64,000 bases of DNA, from the IMG/VR virus record IMGVR_UViG_3300008110_007658; one strand, written 5' to 3'. Made by a program: the position numbers and the translations under genes. The notes beneath the pieces were generated by a model. The model had not been told where the DNA came from and did not search any database. It was given only the letters and a program-made list of their open reading frames with translations. The stretch's first letter is position 1. Each line of letters begins with the position of its first letter. The stretch comes from an uncultured virus (IMG/VR IMGVR_UViG_3300008110_007658) (lineage: Duplodnaviria; Heunggongvirae; Uroviricota; Caudoviricetes). Below are positions 39,845 through 50,192 of this stretch, piece after piece.

Positions 39845-40217
39845 TGTAGATTTTATAAAGTTCTGAAAGACAATTGACATCCACTTTAATATCATGAATT
39901 GTTGATTTTGGATATTCTGGAAGTCTGCCCAAAAATATAATAAAACTTTTCATAGCAGACCAAAGATCTTTTTCAATTTTAAAAAACAACATAGGAGTTG
40001 TTGCTTCTCCAAAAATATTATAAAGAACAATGAAATGATTAAGAAGAAGGTGAGTTTTGAGCTCACCTGTATTCTTATATCGTTTCAAAAGTCTTTTGAT
40101 ATATTTAAAATGATTTAAATCTTTATCAAAATCTTCTCTTGTTACTGCTTGAGGGTTTTCATAATGTTTAATTGCAAACAAAAGAAAATTATCAGAATTC
40201 AACTCATTAAATATCAT
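39825..40217 (-). CDS. conserved T4-like hypothetical protein
   Basis: FKYIKRLL...HLLLNH..LYNIFG. Confidence 0.8.
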   Translation of the reverse strand: MIFNELNSDNFLLFAIKHYENPQAVTREDFDKDLNHFKYIKRLLKRYKNTGELKTHLLLNHFIVLYNIFGEATTPMLFFKIEKDLWSAMKSFIIFLGRLPEYPKSTIHDIKVDVNCLSELYKIYNGSQET

Positions 40218-40223
40218 TTAGCA

Positions 40224-41087
40224 TCAAGCGTATGTTAGAGTTGCAGCATTAGAGGTTGCAGTTGCTCCACCATCAGCAGTGATAACTGAACGATAGTAGA
40301 ATCCATTAGGTCTGGTAGCAGTAACTGTTGTTGATGCAATACCAACTGTTGCAGTGGTAACATTACTATAAATTCCACCGTTGCTGAGGTTAGTATATGC
40401 AACGCCAGTACTAGAGTACTGCCACTGATAAGATAGTGATGCAGTTGGATCTACAGTAGCAACGACTGCGAAGGTGGTATTAGAAGTAGTTGCAATTCCA
40501 ACTACATTACTTGGTTGTGAAGTAATTGTAATTAGACGATCAGGTAATATTGCATCATCTGCAGCATCACCTTCAGCATCAAAAGTAGGTCCAATATTTG
40601 AACTAATTCCAGAGAAGGCAACAAGAGTTTCAGTCTTAACTCTCATTTCTCCTTCAGAACCCATATAGGTTTTAATGCCAACCCATCCAGCATGAGTAAC
40701 TGCATATTTAGTTGAAGCAACAGCTCCTGCCTCATAGATATCAACGCCATAAATTGATGCAATTGTTGCACCAGCACCGGCGCCACCATTACCATAATTA
40801 GAATCTTCTAATGTATAAATTGGTCTTTGTGACAGAGTATAAGCAACACCAGAAATAACTTCGCCACTTAGATATTGAGTTGTTGCAATAGAAATTACTG
40901 TGGCAGAGGTAATTCCAGAAATAACTGCAGATCCAAAAGTTGCACCAGCACCAATTGTGATTACAGTTCCAGTGCCGATACCTGCAGCAGTGAAAGAAGT
41001 TGCTGACCCAGTAATAGTTTTCGCAGCATAATCAACGCTCACCGTTCCTGGTGAGAATAGAGCGTCTGCAGTTCCCCAGAGTGCCAT
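40224..41087 (-). CDS. virion structural protein with C-terminal Ig-like domain
   Basis: MALWG start, HAGWVG, ITSQP...LSYQWQ...YYR Ig pattern; TATAAATA late promoter at 41121-41128. Confidence 0.75.
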   Translation of the reverse strand: MALWGTADALFSPGTVSVDYAAKTITGSATSFTAAGIGTGTVITIGAGATFGSAVISGITSATVISIATTQYLSGEVISGVAYTLSQRPIYTLEDSNYGNGGAGAGATIASIYGVDIYEAGAVASTKYAVTHAGWVGIKTYMGSEGEMRVKTETLVAFSGISSNIGPTFDAEGDAADDAILPDRLITITSQPSNVVGIATTSNTTFAVVATVDPTASLSYQWQYSSTGVAYTNLSNGGIYSNVTTATVGIASTTVTATRPNGFYYRSVITADGGATATSNAATLTYA

Positions 41088-41176
41088 TCTTGTTACCTTA
41101 CTAAAATTTTATTCTAAGAATATTTATAAAAAACAGAGACCCTGAAGACAGGATCTCTGAATTTGATTAAGTGTTA

Positions 41177-41356
41177 TCAGGGAGTAATATCTGTTGCACC
41201 TTTCTTCTTAAGTGCTGCTTGAGCTTGAAGAAGAATAAGTGAAAGAATACCGTTTGATTTTACCTTTGGATTAGCACCAAGTGCTTCCGAAACTGCGAAA
41301 AGTACAGTTGCAATAAGTGCTTGATTTGCTAATGCCCATGCGATTAGAGCAGACAT
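41177..41356 (-). CDS. small membrane protein
   Basis: MSALIAWALANQALIATVLFAVSEALG..., read manually. Confidence 0.6.
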   Translation of the reverse strand: MSALIAWALANQALIATVLFAVSEALGANPKVKSNGILSLILLQAQAALKKKGATDITP

Positions 41357-41390
41357 AATAACCTCCGTAAGGATTATAATCTTATTTAGA

Positions 41391-42911
41391 TTAGTCAGCC
41401 TCTAAAGGCAGTCTTCCTTGTCTTTGAAGATTAAGTTTTTGTCTTTGAAGTTGCTGTTGCTTTTGTTGCACCATTTTCAAATTTGAATATTTCTGCTTTT
41501 CAATTGCAGTATCAAGTGGTTTTTCTTTTGGTTGTGGTTGAGTCTTTGGTTGCAGTTCCATTGCCTGCTCTGCAATTTTCTTTGCCATCTTTGTAGCAAC
41601 ACCAAACATTACATCTTCACCACGACCAGGATATCTCTTTTCAAAGTCTGCTTCTTTAGATTTCAGTGACTTTAGAATTCTTTCCTTCTCTTTAGTTTCA
41701 GCAGAACTTAAAGTTTTTTCGGAAAGTTGAGTTTCCTCACTTCTAATATCAGCAAGCAAACTATCTAATTTTGATTTTCCCCTTTTCTTTGCTGCTGCTT
41801 TTGGTGCTGCTGCCTTTTTAGTTTTTGCCTTTGGTTTTGTGGGAGTTGTTGCACTACCTTCCCAAGGATCAGCAGGCTTTTCTGCTTTCTTTTTAGTAGG
41901 TGGTGTATAAGAACCACTACTTACTCTTTCTTTTTGACCGGCACCTGCACCACGATATGTTGATGCCTTTCTTGCTCCGGTAGGTGTTGGAGTTTTATCG
42001 CCACCTTCAACCTTACGAGCAACACCTAATGCACCTTTAGCAACCTTTCTTGCACCAGTTGCTACTGCTTGTTTCGCTGCTGTTTTGGCACCACGAACTT
42101 TGCTGGATAGTTTTTGTCTTGCAAGTCTTCCAACTGCTTTTAAGAGATTTCCACTCTTCTTTTTTTCTGCTGTTGGAGTATCGTGCCCGAAAGTTACCGT
42201 TGCTTCGGTTAGTGCATATTCAAGTGCTTCTTCAATGTCATCTTCATCATATCCTTCATCCAAAAGTTCATCATAAACACTTTCAACAATATAATCCACT
42301 TCATCAATCTCTACCATCTCAAGAAGAGTTCCACCCAATTCCTCAACTGTTTCTCCAAGATCAAGTTTTGGATTGATATTAACTTTATTGTTAATTTGCT
42401 TTTCTACAATTTTTGGATTTTCACTTTTACCTTTAATTTTAACTTCACCAATTACCTCAAAAAGATCTTCTCTCCAGTTAGAGAAACCCTCTTTCACTAC
42501 CTTTTTCTTTTTCTTAAACTTACCAGAAACTTCACCTTCCTCATATCCCTTTCCATCACCATCATCATCCCACCATCTCTTAACTTCTTTTGCTTCTTTT
42601 TGAGTTGCAATTGATTGTGAGATTGCTTTTCTACGGTTTAGGAGATATTCATCTTTCTTAGTATTCTTCTTACCATCATTATCAACATCAGCATCCTCTT
42701 TTCCTACGGGGTCAAGTGCTTCAGTTTTAATACCTTTCTTTGCTCTGATTGCTGCTGCCTTTGCAAGTGTTCTTTGTCTTGCTGCTTCACGCTCATCTTG
42801 GGGAATAGCAGTTACAGCACCAAGTTTTTCTGCAGGTTTTCCTGGAACTACAGACTCTGAAACCTGCTCCAAATAAACTTTGGAAATATCGTTAAGAGGA
42901 TTCATTGACAT
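41391..42911 (-). CDS. charged low-complexity putative internal-head protein
   Basis: Many L/I/V-x-E sites, DADVDNDG and DDDGDG motifs, late-like promoter. Confidence 0.65.
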   Translation of the reverse strand: MSMNPLNDISKVYLEQVSESVVPGKPAEKLGAVTAIPQDEREAARQRTLAKAAAIRAKKGIKTEALDPVGKEDADVDNDGKKNTKKDEYLLNRRKAISQSIATQKEAKEVKRWWDDDGDGKGYEEGEVSGKFKKKKKVVKEGFSNWREDLFEVIGEVKIKGKSENPKIVEKQINNKVNINPKLDLGETVEELGGTLLEMVEIDEVDYIVESVYDELLDEGYDEDDIEEALEYALTEATVTFGHDTPTAEKKKSGNLLKAVGRLARQKLSSKVRGAKTAAKQAVATGARKVAKGALGVARKVEGGDKTPTPTGARKASTYRGAGAGQKERVSSGSYTPPTKKKAEKPADPWEGSATTPTKPKAKTKKAAAPKAAAKKRGKSKLDSLLADIRSEETQLSEKTLSSAETKEKERILKSLKSKEADFEKRYPGRGEDVMFGVATKMAKKIAEQAMELQPKTQPQPKEKPLDTAIEKQKYSNLKMVQQKQQQLQRQKLNLQRQGRLPLEAD

Positions 42912-42912
42912 C

Positions 42913-44202
42913 TTAATAAGTACTTACTTTCTTTTCCTTATACTTATTTATGAAATTCAAGAACGCTCTACCACCTTTTTGGAGGTTTTCTTTTCCTAGA
43001 GTGGATCCTGGAGTTTGTTGTACTGCATATTTTAAATATCCAGTAGTTCCTAGTAATGTATTTGGTTTTCCTGGCAATCTGTATTTCCTATCCATCTTAA
43101 CTTCAGTATATTCCATCACATCTTTAATCCAAGATTTAAACATTCTTCCCTCAGAGGTTAAACAAATTAAATGATTTGTTCCTCTACGCATAATTTTTCC
43201 AACCAATCCAGTATTTAAATTTTCTACAATATCCCCAATCTTAAAAACTCTTCCTTTGATATAATTTTCACGAAGAGTCTTTTGGTCGTACTTTGGGGCA
43301 ATCTCCCAGAGACTATAACTTTCCTTTTTTACTTTGGATTTCTTTGTACCCATTCCTTGACGAACAGCATCAAAGAGTGCTTGAGTTTCTCCATCATCTA
43401 AAGACTTTGGGGTTCCTTTTCTAAAGGATTTGAAGTCATTATCTAATACTGCCTTTCTCATCTTAGATGCAGACATTCCCTCAATACCTTCTGCATCAGC
43501 ATCACGAACTCCAGCAGATACTACGCGAATCAAATCAAACTGATAGAGATCATCATTATACTTTTGTGCAAGATTCTCAAACTCAGATTGTCTATCAGAT
43601 CCAACTACAATATTGACACTTGAATATCCATCTTTATCCGCATTCACGAGAACATCAAAGATAGACCTCATATCAGGGTCATTGATAATTGTTTCTTCAA
43701 ATTCAGGGAACATCTTTCTCATATAAGAAACTTTGGTATTTGGATCCAAAGGATTCTTTTTGGGATCTTGAGTTCTTGATGGATAAATTTTAATTGCACC
43801 ACCAGCAGAAATTCTCTTTGCAGACTTTAAGAGTTTTTCGTGTCCTACTGTTGGTGGGTTAAATCTACCAAATACTATTGTTAGAGTGTCACCATCTTCT
43901 GCTGCCTTATCTTCTGGAGCAGCTGCTGCCCCTCTTGGTGCTTGAGGTGCAGGTGCTTGTGCTGCTGCTTGGGGTTGAGGGGCAGCAGCAGATGCTTGCT
44001 GTCTTCCTGCAGAGGGTTCTTCTGGTCCCTTTGCTTGACGACCATCAATGTACTTAAGTTTTCCTTTATCAGTTCTCGCAACAAGTTTGCCAGAGCGATC
44101 TAACCAACCGCCGTGACCATCTCCAGTATATCCAAGTTTCTTCGCTTGCATTGATGCTTGCGACTGTGTTGCCTCTGATAAAAATCTAGAAAAACTCTTC
44201 AT
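42913..44202 (-). CDS. cytidylyltransferase-like nucleotidyltransferase
   Basis: FGRFNPPTVGH, VVGSDR, MSASKMR; N-terminal MKSFSRFLSE. Confidence 0.88.
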   Translation of the reverse strand: MKSFSRFLSEATQSQASMQAKKLGYTGDGHGGWLDRSGKLVARTDKGKLKYIDGRQAKGPEEPSAGRQQASAAAPQPQAAAQAPAPQAPRGAAAAPEDKAAEDGDTLTIVFGRFNPPTVGHEKLLKSAKRISAGGAIKIYPSRTQDPKKNPLDPNTKVSYMRKMFPEFEETIINDPDMRSIFDVLVNADKDGYSSVNIVVGSDRQSEFENLAQKYNDDLYQFDLIRVVSAGVRDADAEGIEGMSASKMRKAVLDNDFKSFRKGTPKSLDDGETQALFDAVRQGMGTKKSKVKKESYSLWEIAPKYDQKTLRENYIKGRVFKIGDIVENLNTGLVGKIMRRGTNHLICLTSEGRMFKSWIKDVMEYTEVKMDRKYRLPGKPNTLLGTTGYLKYAVQQTPGSTLGKENLQKGGRAFLNFINKYKEKKVSTY

Positions 44203-44233
44203 ATTGTTTCTTTATATACCTTTATTTATTTGT

Positions 44234-45409
44234 TTAGTATATTTTTAAAAATGGACCATTTGCTGAACCAAACTCTTTCTTTGCTCCATAATACAAAACT
44301 CTGCACCAATTTTTCATTTCACCTTTTTTGGAAATTTTTACCCAGGTGTTTGCCCACTCCATCGCTATGAGTTTTGAAGAGAACCTTCCTGCAGAACTTC
44401 TATCACTTGTATTCGTTTCATATATAATTGCATTTTCTAAAATTTCCCCAAAAGTATCTCCAATTTTTTTACCATCTTGATATACGGCAACTTCTCCAAA
44501 ATCCACCATAGGATTACTTTTGAGTTTATTATACAAATCTATCCAATATTTTTTATCCGTATCATTCCATTTTCCTACAGCAGGAATATGTGGATGTTTG
44601 GTTGCAGATGATGGTCTTGTCATTCCAAGATCTGAAAAAAACTTATCCATCGCAACACTTGAAACCTTCCCAAGTTTTGCTCCAGCATCTTTTCCTTTTG
44701 GAGTTAAATCAGTTTGAACTACATTTCTTGCTTGAGAGTATTGAAAGTTTCTAGATTGTCCGTGTATTTGACCGCCAGATTCCGTTTTTAAATCAAATCC
44801 AAGTTCTCCAGTATCAAACAAATAATTTTGCTTTTTCCCAAGAGTAAGAGTGCATTTTAAAGAACCAGGAATAAGATCAATATCAACTCTACCTGTTTTA
44901 TCGCCACCCATATTTGCCAATTCAACACTGGCAACTTTTTTGTTCTTTGATATTGCCTTCAGAGAAACGCCGATTAGTATCTTATCCTCTAACGCTTCTT
45001 TCATATAAGTATTCAAAAGAGAAAGGTTTGCTTGTTTGCTAATCCCATCAATATTTGTAAGTTCCTTTATTGTTCCCTCAATTGTCTTCTTCATATTTTT
45101 TTTAACCATAACAATATCCATAGGATTCCATCTATCTTTGACAGAAACTCCACAATCTTTTTTAGCTATACCTTCAATATAAGGCATTATCCCAGAATCT
45201 CTAGAATATTCATATCCCTTATTAGATCCTAGAAATTTTTTTAAAGCGGATGCTTGTTTTCTATAAGTCTCTTTCCACTCCGCATTATAACCATCATAAA
45301 CTTTCAACATGACTGCATCAGAGGGTTCTTTGCCAGTTTCAATTACAGATTCAAAAAAAACTCTTGAACCATTTTCCTGTTTAGCAGTTTCTGTAGCACT
45401 AGTAGCCAT
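44234..45409 (-). CDS. hypothetical protein, possible PD-(D/E)XK-type nuclease
   Basis: WNPMDIVMV...IGVSLK. Confidence 0.55.
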   Translation of the reverse strand: MATSATETAKQENGSRVFFESVIETGKEPSDAVMLKVYDGYNAEWKETYRKQASALKKFLGSNKGYEYSRDSGIMPYIEGIAKKDCGVSVKDRWNPMDIVMVKKNMKKTIEGTIKELTNIDGISKQANLSLLNTYMKEALEDKILIGVSLKAISKNKKVASVELANMGGDKTGRVDIDLIPGSLKCTLTLGKKQNYLFDTGELGFDLKTESGGQIHGQSRNFQYSQARNVVQTDLTPKGKDAGAKLGKVSSVAMDKFFSDLGMTRPSSATKHPHIPAVGKWNDTDKKYWIDLYNKLKSNPMVDFGEVAVYQDGKKIGDTFGEILENAIIYETNTSDRSSAGRFSSKLIAMEWANTWVKISKKGEMKNWCRVLYYGAKKEFGSANGPFLKIY

Positions 45410-45439
45410 CAGTTATTAATACTTTTTAAGTATTTAGAA

Positions 45440-45512
45440 TGGAGAATAGGAGACTCGAACTCCTGACTTCCTGCTTGCAAAGCAGGCACACTACCAACTG
45501 TGCTAATTCCCC
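45440..45512 (-). tRNA. tRNA-Ala(TGC)
   Basis: CCTGC-TTTGCAA-GCAGG; G3:U70 pair. Confidence 0.93.
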
Positions 45513-45579
45513 GATTTAGATATTATAAAACCCCTCAACTAAAAAGTCAAGGGGTCAAATCAACCTTTAGACTTATTTA

Positions 45580-46308
45580 TCAGTCGTGCTCACCCATCGC
45601 TTTTTGCTTACGGAGTTTCTTGGGGTTCTTGGTGACTGAACCCGCTCCATATGTATTCTCTCCATCAAAAGCACGCTCAGCCCTTCTTTCTGCCCTCTCA
45701 TCAGCATCCATCTTACCTCTACCACCCCAAGGTCTAGAAGATTTCTTACCACCAGACTTACCCTGACTTAGGGTGTCCTGTCTTCTAGTGTGCTTTTCTG
45801 CTGCCTTTAGTTTTTTGGTTTTCTCTCCCCTTTGCGAATACTCACTTGCAGGTTTACGCATTCTGCCAATAGTCAGTTTGCTCATTGCGGTTCTTGCTTT
45901 GGGAGTTTGCCCATATGAACCTTCTGCTTCCAAAATTTCTTCAATATCTTCAGCATTTAGTTCATTCGCCATCAACCACTCTGCTTCTTCCAGAGTTTCT
46001 GCGTATCCTTCTGCTTGGAGGAACTCAAGAACAATATCAAAGATATCTACTTCCTCATTTGCTGCTCTTCTTTTTCTCACTCCAGCAGCAAGTTTTCTTG
46101 CTCTTGCTTCTTTATCAGCAGCGGCAACAGTATCTCTTACATTTTGAGGAGTACGATATTTATTTTCTCTATCAGCAGCAGCACCAGTTGCAGCAATTCT
46201 TGCATTAACAACTTTGCCTGCAAGACCAGAAGAGATTTCATCAATCTGTTGTGGAACATAAACTTCAGAATATGCTTCCATCAAACCGCGCAGTTCTTTA
46301 GGATCCAT
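45580..46308 (-). CDS. putative internal-head protein
   Basis: MDPKELRGLMEAY leader, GYAETLEEAE, TATAAATA promoter. Confidence 0.65.
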   Translation of the reverse strand: MDPKELRGLMEAYSEVYVPQQIDEISSGLAGKVVNARIAATGAAADRENKYRTPQNVRDTVAAADKEARARKLAAGVRKRRAANEEVDIFDIVLEFLQAEGYAETLEEAEWLMANELNAEDIEEILEAEGSYGQTPKARTAMSKLTIGRMRKPASEYSQRGEKTKKLKAAEKHTRRQDTLSQGKSGGKKSSRPWGGRGKMDADERAERRAERAFDGENTYGAGSVTKNPKKLRKQKAMGEHD

Positions 46309-46368
46309 TTTTTACAAATACTTTTTTAGTTATTTATAAAAAAAAAAACCTCCTGAAGGAGGTTTAAA

Positions 46369-46551
46369 TCAAAGAGTGTGTTTTTCAATCTCTTTATCAA
46401 GTTGCACAATCACAGAACGAATATCAGCAACACGAGGAGGAACACTCACTTCATCATAAGTATATCCCTTCTGTGCATCAAATAGAACTTGACGGACTGC
46501 TGCAGCAGTACGAACATCAATTGTAATAGTTACTCCAGTTTCTTTAGTCAT
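46369..46551 (-). CDS. hypothetical protein
   Basis: 60-aa ORF. Confidence 0.6.
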   Translation of the reverse strand: MTKETGVTITIDVRTAAAVRQVLFDAQKGYTYDEVSVPPRVADIRSVIVQLDKEIEKHTL

Positions 46552-46696
46552 TCAGCAAACCTCTCAATAAATTCTTTCCAATTTTTTTCTAAACAATCCT
46601 TAGGCGAATGGATGTATTCGCTGGTATCTTTATCAATTAATGCATAGTCAATCTCATTTTGAATGAGAAGACGGAGATTGTTAATTTGGGATTCAG

Positions 46697-47110
46697 TCAC
46701 AGGTCTCCCTCCACACGATTTTCAGAACGATAAACATCAAAAGAACCTTCAGGATAACGAGCACTCAACTTCTCATAATTCATTTCCATAACTTCACGGA
46801 AATTGGTGTCAAGTGCCATGCAAGCTTGAGCAAGATACCAACAGATATCACCAAGTTCACGCTTCATATGAAAGACATTCTCTTCATTGTAAGGTTTGCC
46901 TTGGAGAATGATTTTCTTTACAACTTCAGTGAACTCACCTGCTTCAGCAGTCATACCAAGAGCAGCAGTTAGAAGACGGGGAACATCAGCGTCATGAGTT
47001 GCTTCAAGTTCAGTCATTCGTGCAAGAAGTTGTGCAAAGTCACTGCTGGCAGGACTTGTGGTTTGACGTACAAACTCAATGTACTTATCACTATCAATAA
47101 CTTTAGTCAT
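46697..47110 (-). CDS. mazG: MazG nucleotide pyrophosphohydrolase
   Basis: GMTAEAGEFTEVVKK, ELGDICWY. Confidence 0.93.
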   Translation of the reverse strand: MTKVIDSDKYIEFVRQTTSPASSDFAQLLARMTELEATHDADVPRLLTAALGMTAEAGEFTEVVKKIILQGKPYNEENVFHMKRELGDICWYLAQACMALDTNFREVMEMNYEKLSARYPEGSFDVYRSENRVEGDL

Positions 47111-47111
47111 A

Positions 47112-48494
47112 TTAGAATTTAAATCCTTCAAATGATTTTTTAGGTTTGTTCTCTTCGTGATAATCATACTCCTCTTCCTTTCCGTTGTCAAGGATATCAT
47201 TTTGAGCAGACTGTTCACAATCGTAAAGTCTCATCTTTGCTCTATCAATGCCAACAACAAAACGCTTATGAATTGTTGGATCATTATAACGATTCTTAAG
47301 TTGTTTTACAAGAATCTGTCCCAACTCCTCCAACTCTTCAGTGCTAATAAGGGCAAACATAAGATCAGCAGTAGCAGGGAGACCAAAGGACTCACTAGTA
47401 TCAGTAAGTTCAACATCAGAACTGCCATAACCACTGCGGGTAGTCTGGGTAGCAGAGACAATGGGAACATTGAATTCCACTGCCAAACCGCGAAGTTCTT
47501 CTGCAATTGCTTTAACCAATGTATAAGAATTGACATTGCTACCTCCCCTGAACCTAGAGGAAGAGCAAATATTAAGGTAATCAATGAAAATAATATCAGG
47601 TCTAAATGACTTCTTAAGTGCAAGTTCGCTAAGAAGTGATTTGAAATGTCCCGCATGAGCAGACGCTGTTGGGTATTCCTTAATTATAAGAGAACCTTGA
47701 GTCTTCTTTGCAAGACTATTAACCTTACTTTCAAACATTGATTTTGGAAGATCTCCAATATCTTGAATAGGAACATTCAGGAGGTTTGCGTCAATTCTTT
47801 CAGCAATTCGTTCCTCCGCCATCTCAAGAGTGATATAGAGGACATTCCTACCCTGAAGCAAGACGGAACTAGCCACATGACACATGAACAACGATTTCCC
47901 AACACCCGTTCCAGCAAGAGCAATATTGAGAGTCTTATTAGGTAAACCACCTTTCGTGATTTTGTTGAAATATTCCAAGTCAAATTCAATTTTCTCTTCC
48001 TTTCTGTGATAGGACTCATAGCGTTGCTCATAGTCTAGCAGATAGTCATGACCAATATGAGTATCAAAAGATACTGATAGGGCATCTGATAGAATACTAG
48101 GAATACTGTCACGATTCTTTTTCTCATCCTCACCATCAGCAATATGAATTGACTCCATAAGTGCTAGGTAAATGGCACGATCTCGACACCACTTTTCAGT
48201 AGTATCAACTAACCAACCAAACTCTACAGGAACATCATCAAGGCATTCAATTAGATGAATAAGTTGCTTAAAAGAATCTTCATTGACATCTTTGCGTTTT
48301 TCTACTTCAATACATAGAACTTCTTTTGTTGTTGGTTGATTATATTCTTGAACAAAACTTAAAATTTCTTGGAATACAATTTTTTGATTTGCATCCTCAA
48401 AATATTCTGCTTTAATAAAAGGAATAACCTTACGCACGTATTCTTCATTATGAAGAAGATTTCGCAAAATTAAAAATTCAACTTTATCCATCAT
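47112..48494 (-). CDS. gp41: replicative helicase
   Basis: AGTGVGKS, ITLEMAEE, IFIDYL, KQLKNRY. Confidence 0.96.
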   Translation of the reverse strand: MMDKVEFLILRNLLHNEEYVRKVIPFIKAEYFEDANQKIVFQEILSFVQEYNQPTTKEVLCIEVEKRKDVNEDSFKQLIHLIECLDDVPVEFGWLVDTTEKWCRDRAIYLALMESIHIADGEDEKKNRDSIPSILSDALSVSFDTHIGHDYLLDYEQRYESYHRKEEKIEFDLEYFNKITKGGLPNKTLNIALAGTGVGKSLFMCHVASSVLLQGRNVLYITLEMAEERIAERIDANLLNVPIQDIGDLPKSMFESKVNSLAKKTQGSLIIKEYPTASAHAGHFKSLLSELALKKSFRPDIIFIDYLNICSSSRFRGGSNVNSYTLVKAIAEELRGLAVEFNVPIVSATQTTRSGYGSSDVELTDTSESFGLPATADLMFALISTEELEELGQILVKQLKNRYNDPTIHKRFVVGIDRAKMRLYDCEQSAQNDILDNGKEEEYDYHEENKPKKSFEGFKF

Positions 48495-49062
48495 TTATTT
48501 TATGCTGTGGGTTGTCCGTAGAATGTGGGATATCAAATACAAATGTGATTCTTACTTCATCTGCAATATTGACTGTTCCGTGAGGTAATTTATTGTTAAA
48601 CCAGAAAAGTGTTCCTGGTTCAACTATGATAGTTTCATTACCAACAAAATATTGATATCTACCAGATATTGATAAATGATAACGATCTCGTGTTAAGTAA
48701 TAAGTTCCTTCGTCAATATGAGCACCAACTATTTCATCAACTGGGAGAGAAAGAAATCCACATCGATGTATTTCTTTGCCATTAAATTCTTTTTTTAGAA
48801 TTTTCCTAATCTCACTATGATGCTGATATGCTGGAGTTTTGATACAAATATCTGTATCACCAACAAAGTCCTCTTTGTTTTTTACACCACCAATAATCAT
48901 CTGAAGAGAACTTATCGGCAAGTCATCAAATCCGCGATCAACTAGTGACTGAACATCTTCAATATGTTTTTGGTGGTCCCAGTCTTGAGGATATTTTTTA
49001 AGTTGCTCAATTACTTTAGAAACATTGATGTTAGTTTTGATGACTTTGATACATTCACCCAT
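48484..49062 (-). CDS. Asp/Asn beta-hydroxylase-like 2OG-Fe(II) oxygenase
   Basis: [29 protein letters not shown]. Confidence 0.8.
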   Translation of the reverse strand: MGECIKVIKTNINVSKVIEQLKKYPQDWDHQKHIEDVQSLVDRGFDDLPISSLQMIIGGVKNKEDFVGDTDICIKTPAYQHHSEIRKILKKEFNGKEIHRCGFLSLPVDEIVGAHIDEGTYYLTRDRYHLSISGRYQYFVGNETIIVEPGTLFWFNNKLPHGTVNIADEVRITFVFDIPHSTDNPQHKINDG

Positions 49063-50059
49063 AACTAAACTCTTGTTTAGAAATTTCATCAAGTTTTTGC
49101 ATTACTTCTTCAGTAAAATACTCTTCTGGATTTGCAAGGATTTGTTTGGCATAGATTTTTTTACCATCAATCTCATATCGTCCTGCTACATTCTTCCAGA
49201 GTCCACCAATCTCACCAAGTTCTAGAAGACCATAATATCGATCAAGACCCCGTTCATCATAGTAAAGACGAACATCTACTTGTTGATTCTCCTTACTCAA
49301 ACGCGATTTAGCAGTCTTAGCTTTGATAATATTGCCGACCACTTCTGTTCCATCCTTTTCTTTCTTTTTGCTGAGATAAATGATCGTAGACGCTGCGTAC
49401 TTGAGTCCGCTGCCACCGCCCATTTCCTTAGTTGGTACATAAGATCCGATAACATCATAGGTGTGATTAGTAACTATCATTGGAATGTTTGCTTGACCAA
49501 GTTTCAAGGTAAGCATACGGAATGCACCTTTAATCAGTTGTGATTTGGTCATATCACGAACTTCTTTATCATTCAGAGCATCATTAATTTCTTTACTTGT
49601 AGAAAGCATACCCAAAGAGTCTAGCACAAACATACAGGGATTGCGCTCCCCTTCGGGTTTTTTCATATACAAATCTACCGCTTTGAGTGCCTTTCCGCGA
49701 AACTCTTCAACAGTAACAACATTAACAACCACCAAACGAGAAGTATCAATTCCACGAGATTCTAGAAGGGATTTAGTGATAGCAGCCTCAGTATCAAAGT
49801 AGAGACAGTAACCATTGGGATTATTATCGAGAAAATTCTTAACAACGGCGAGGCTGAAGAAAGTTTTTCCAGTAGAAGACTCTCCAGCAATAGCAGTAAT
49901 TTTATTCCCAGATACACCACCAAATATGCTACCTGAAACCAGTGCATTAAAAATGTATGAACCCGTATCAACATAACTCTCAGTCTCGTCAATGTCGGAA
50001 GCAAGTTGCGTATACTCGCCACCAATTTCTTTTACAATATCTTTAAGAAAATCCATCAT
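49055..50059 (-). CDS. uvsX: RecA-like recombinase
   Basis: [27 protein letters not shown]. Confidence 0.96.
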   Translation of the reverse strand: MMDFLKDIVKEIGGEYTQLASDIDETESYVDTGSYIFNALVSGSIFGGVSGNKITAIAGESSTGKTFFSLAVVKNFLDNNPNGYCLYFDTEAAITKSLLESRGIDTSRLVVVNVVTVEEFRGKALKAVDLYMKKPEGERNPCMFVLDSLGMLSTSKEINDALNDKEVRDMTKSQLIKGAFRMLTLKLGQANIPMIVTNHTYDVIGSYVPTKEMGGGSGLKYAASTIIYLSKKKEKDGTEVVGNIIKAKTAKSRLSKENQQVDVRLYYDERGLDRYYGLLELGEIGGLWKNVAGRYEIDGKKIYAKQILANPEEYFTEEVMQKLDEISKQEFSYG

Positions 50060-50192
50060 TTTTTCTCCTCATTTTTATTGATCAAGTAATTCATTTTATA
50101 ATTCCACAATTTTTGATAAAGTGCAACATCTCCACCTAATCTCATAGCACTAATAATTGTATTCAATTCTTTTTCGTTAATTGGCAAATTCA

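Noticed and set aside
28059..45512. Stop-codon reassignment or suppressor tRNAs
   Set aside because: No CTA/TTA/TCA anticodons; long genes translate cleanly with the standard code
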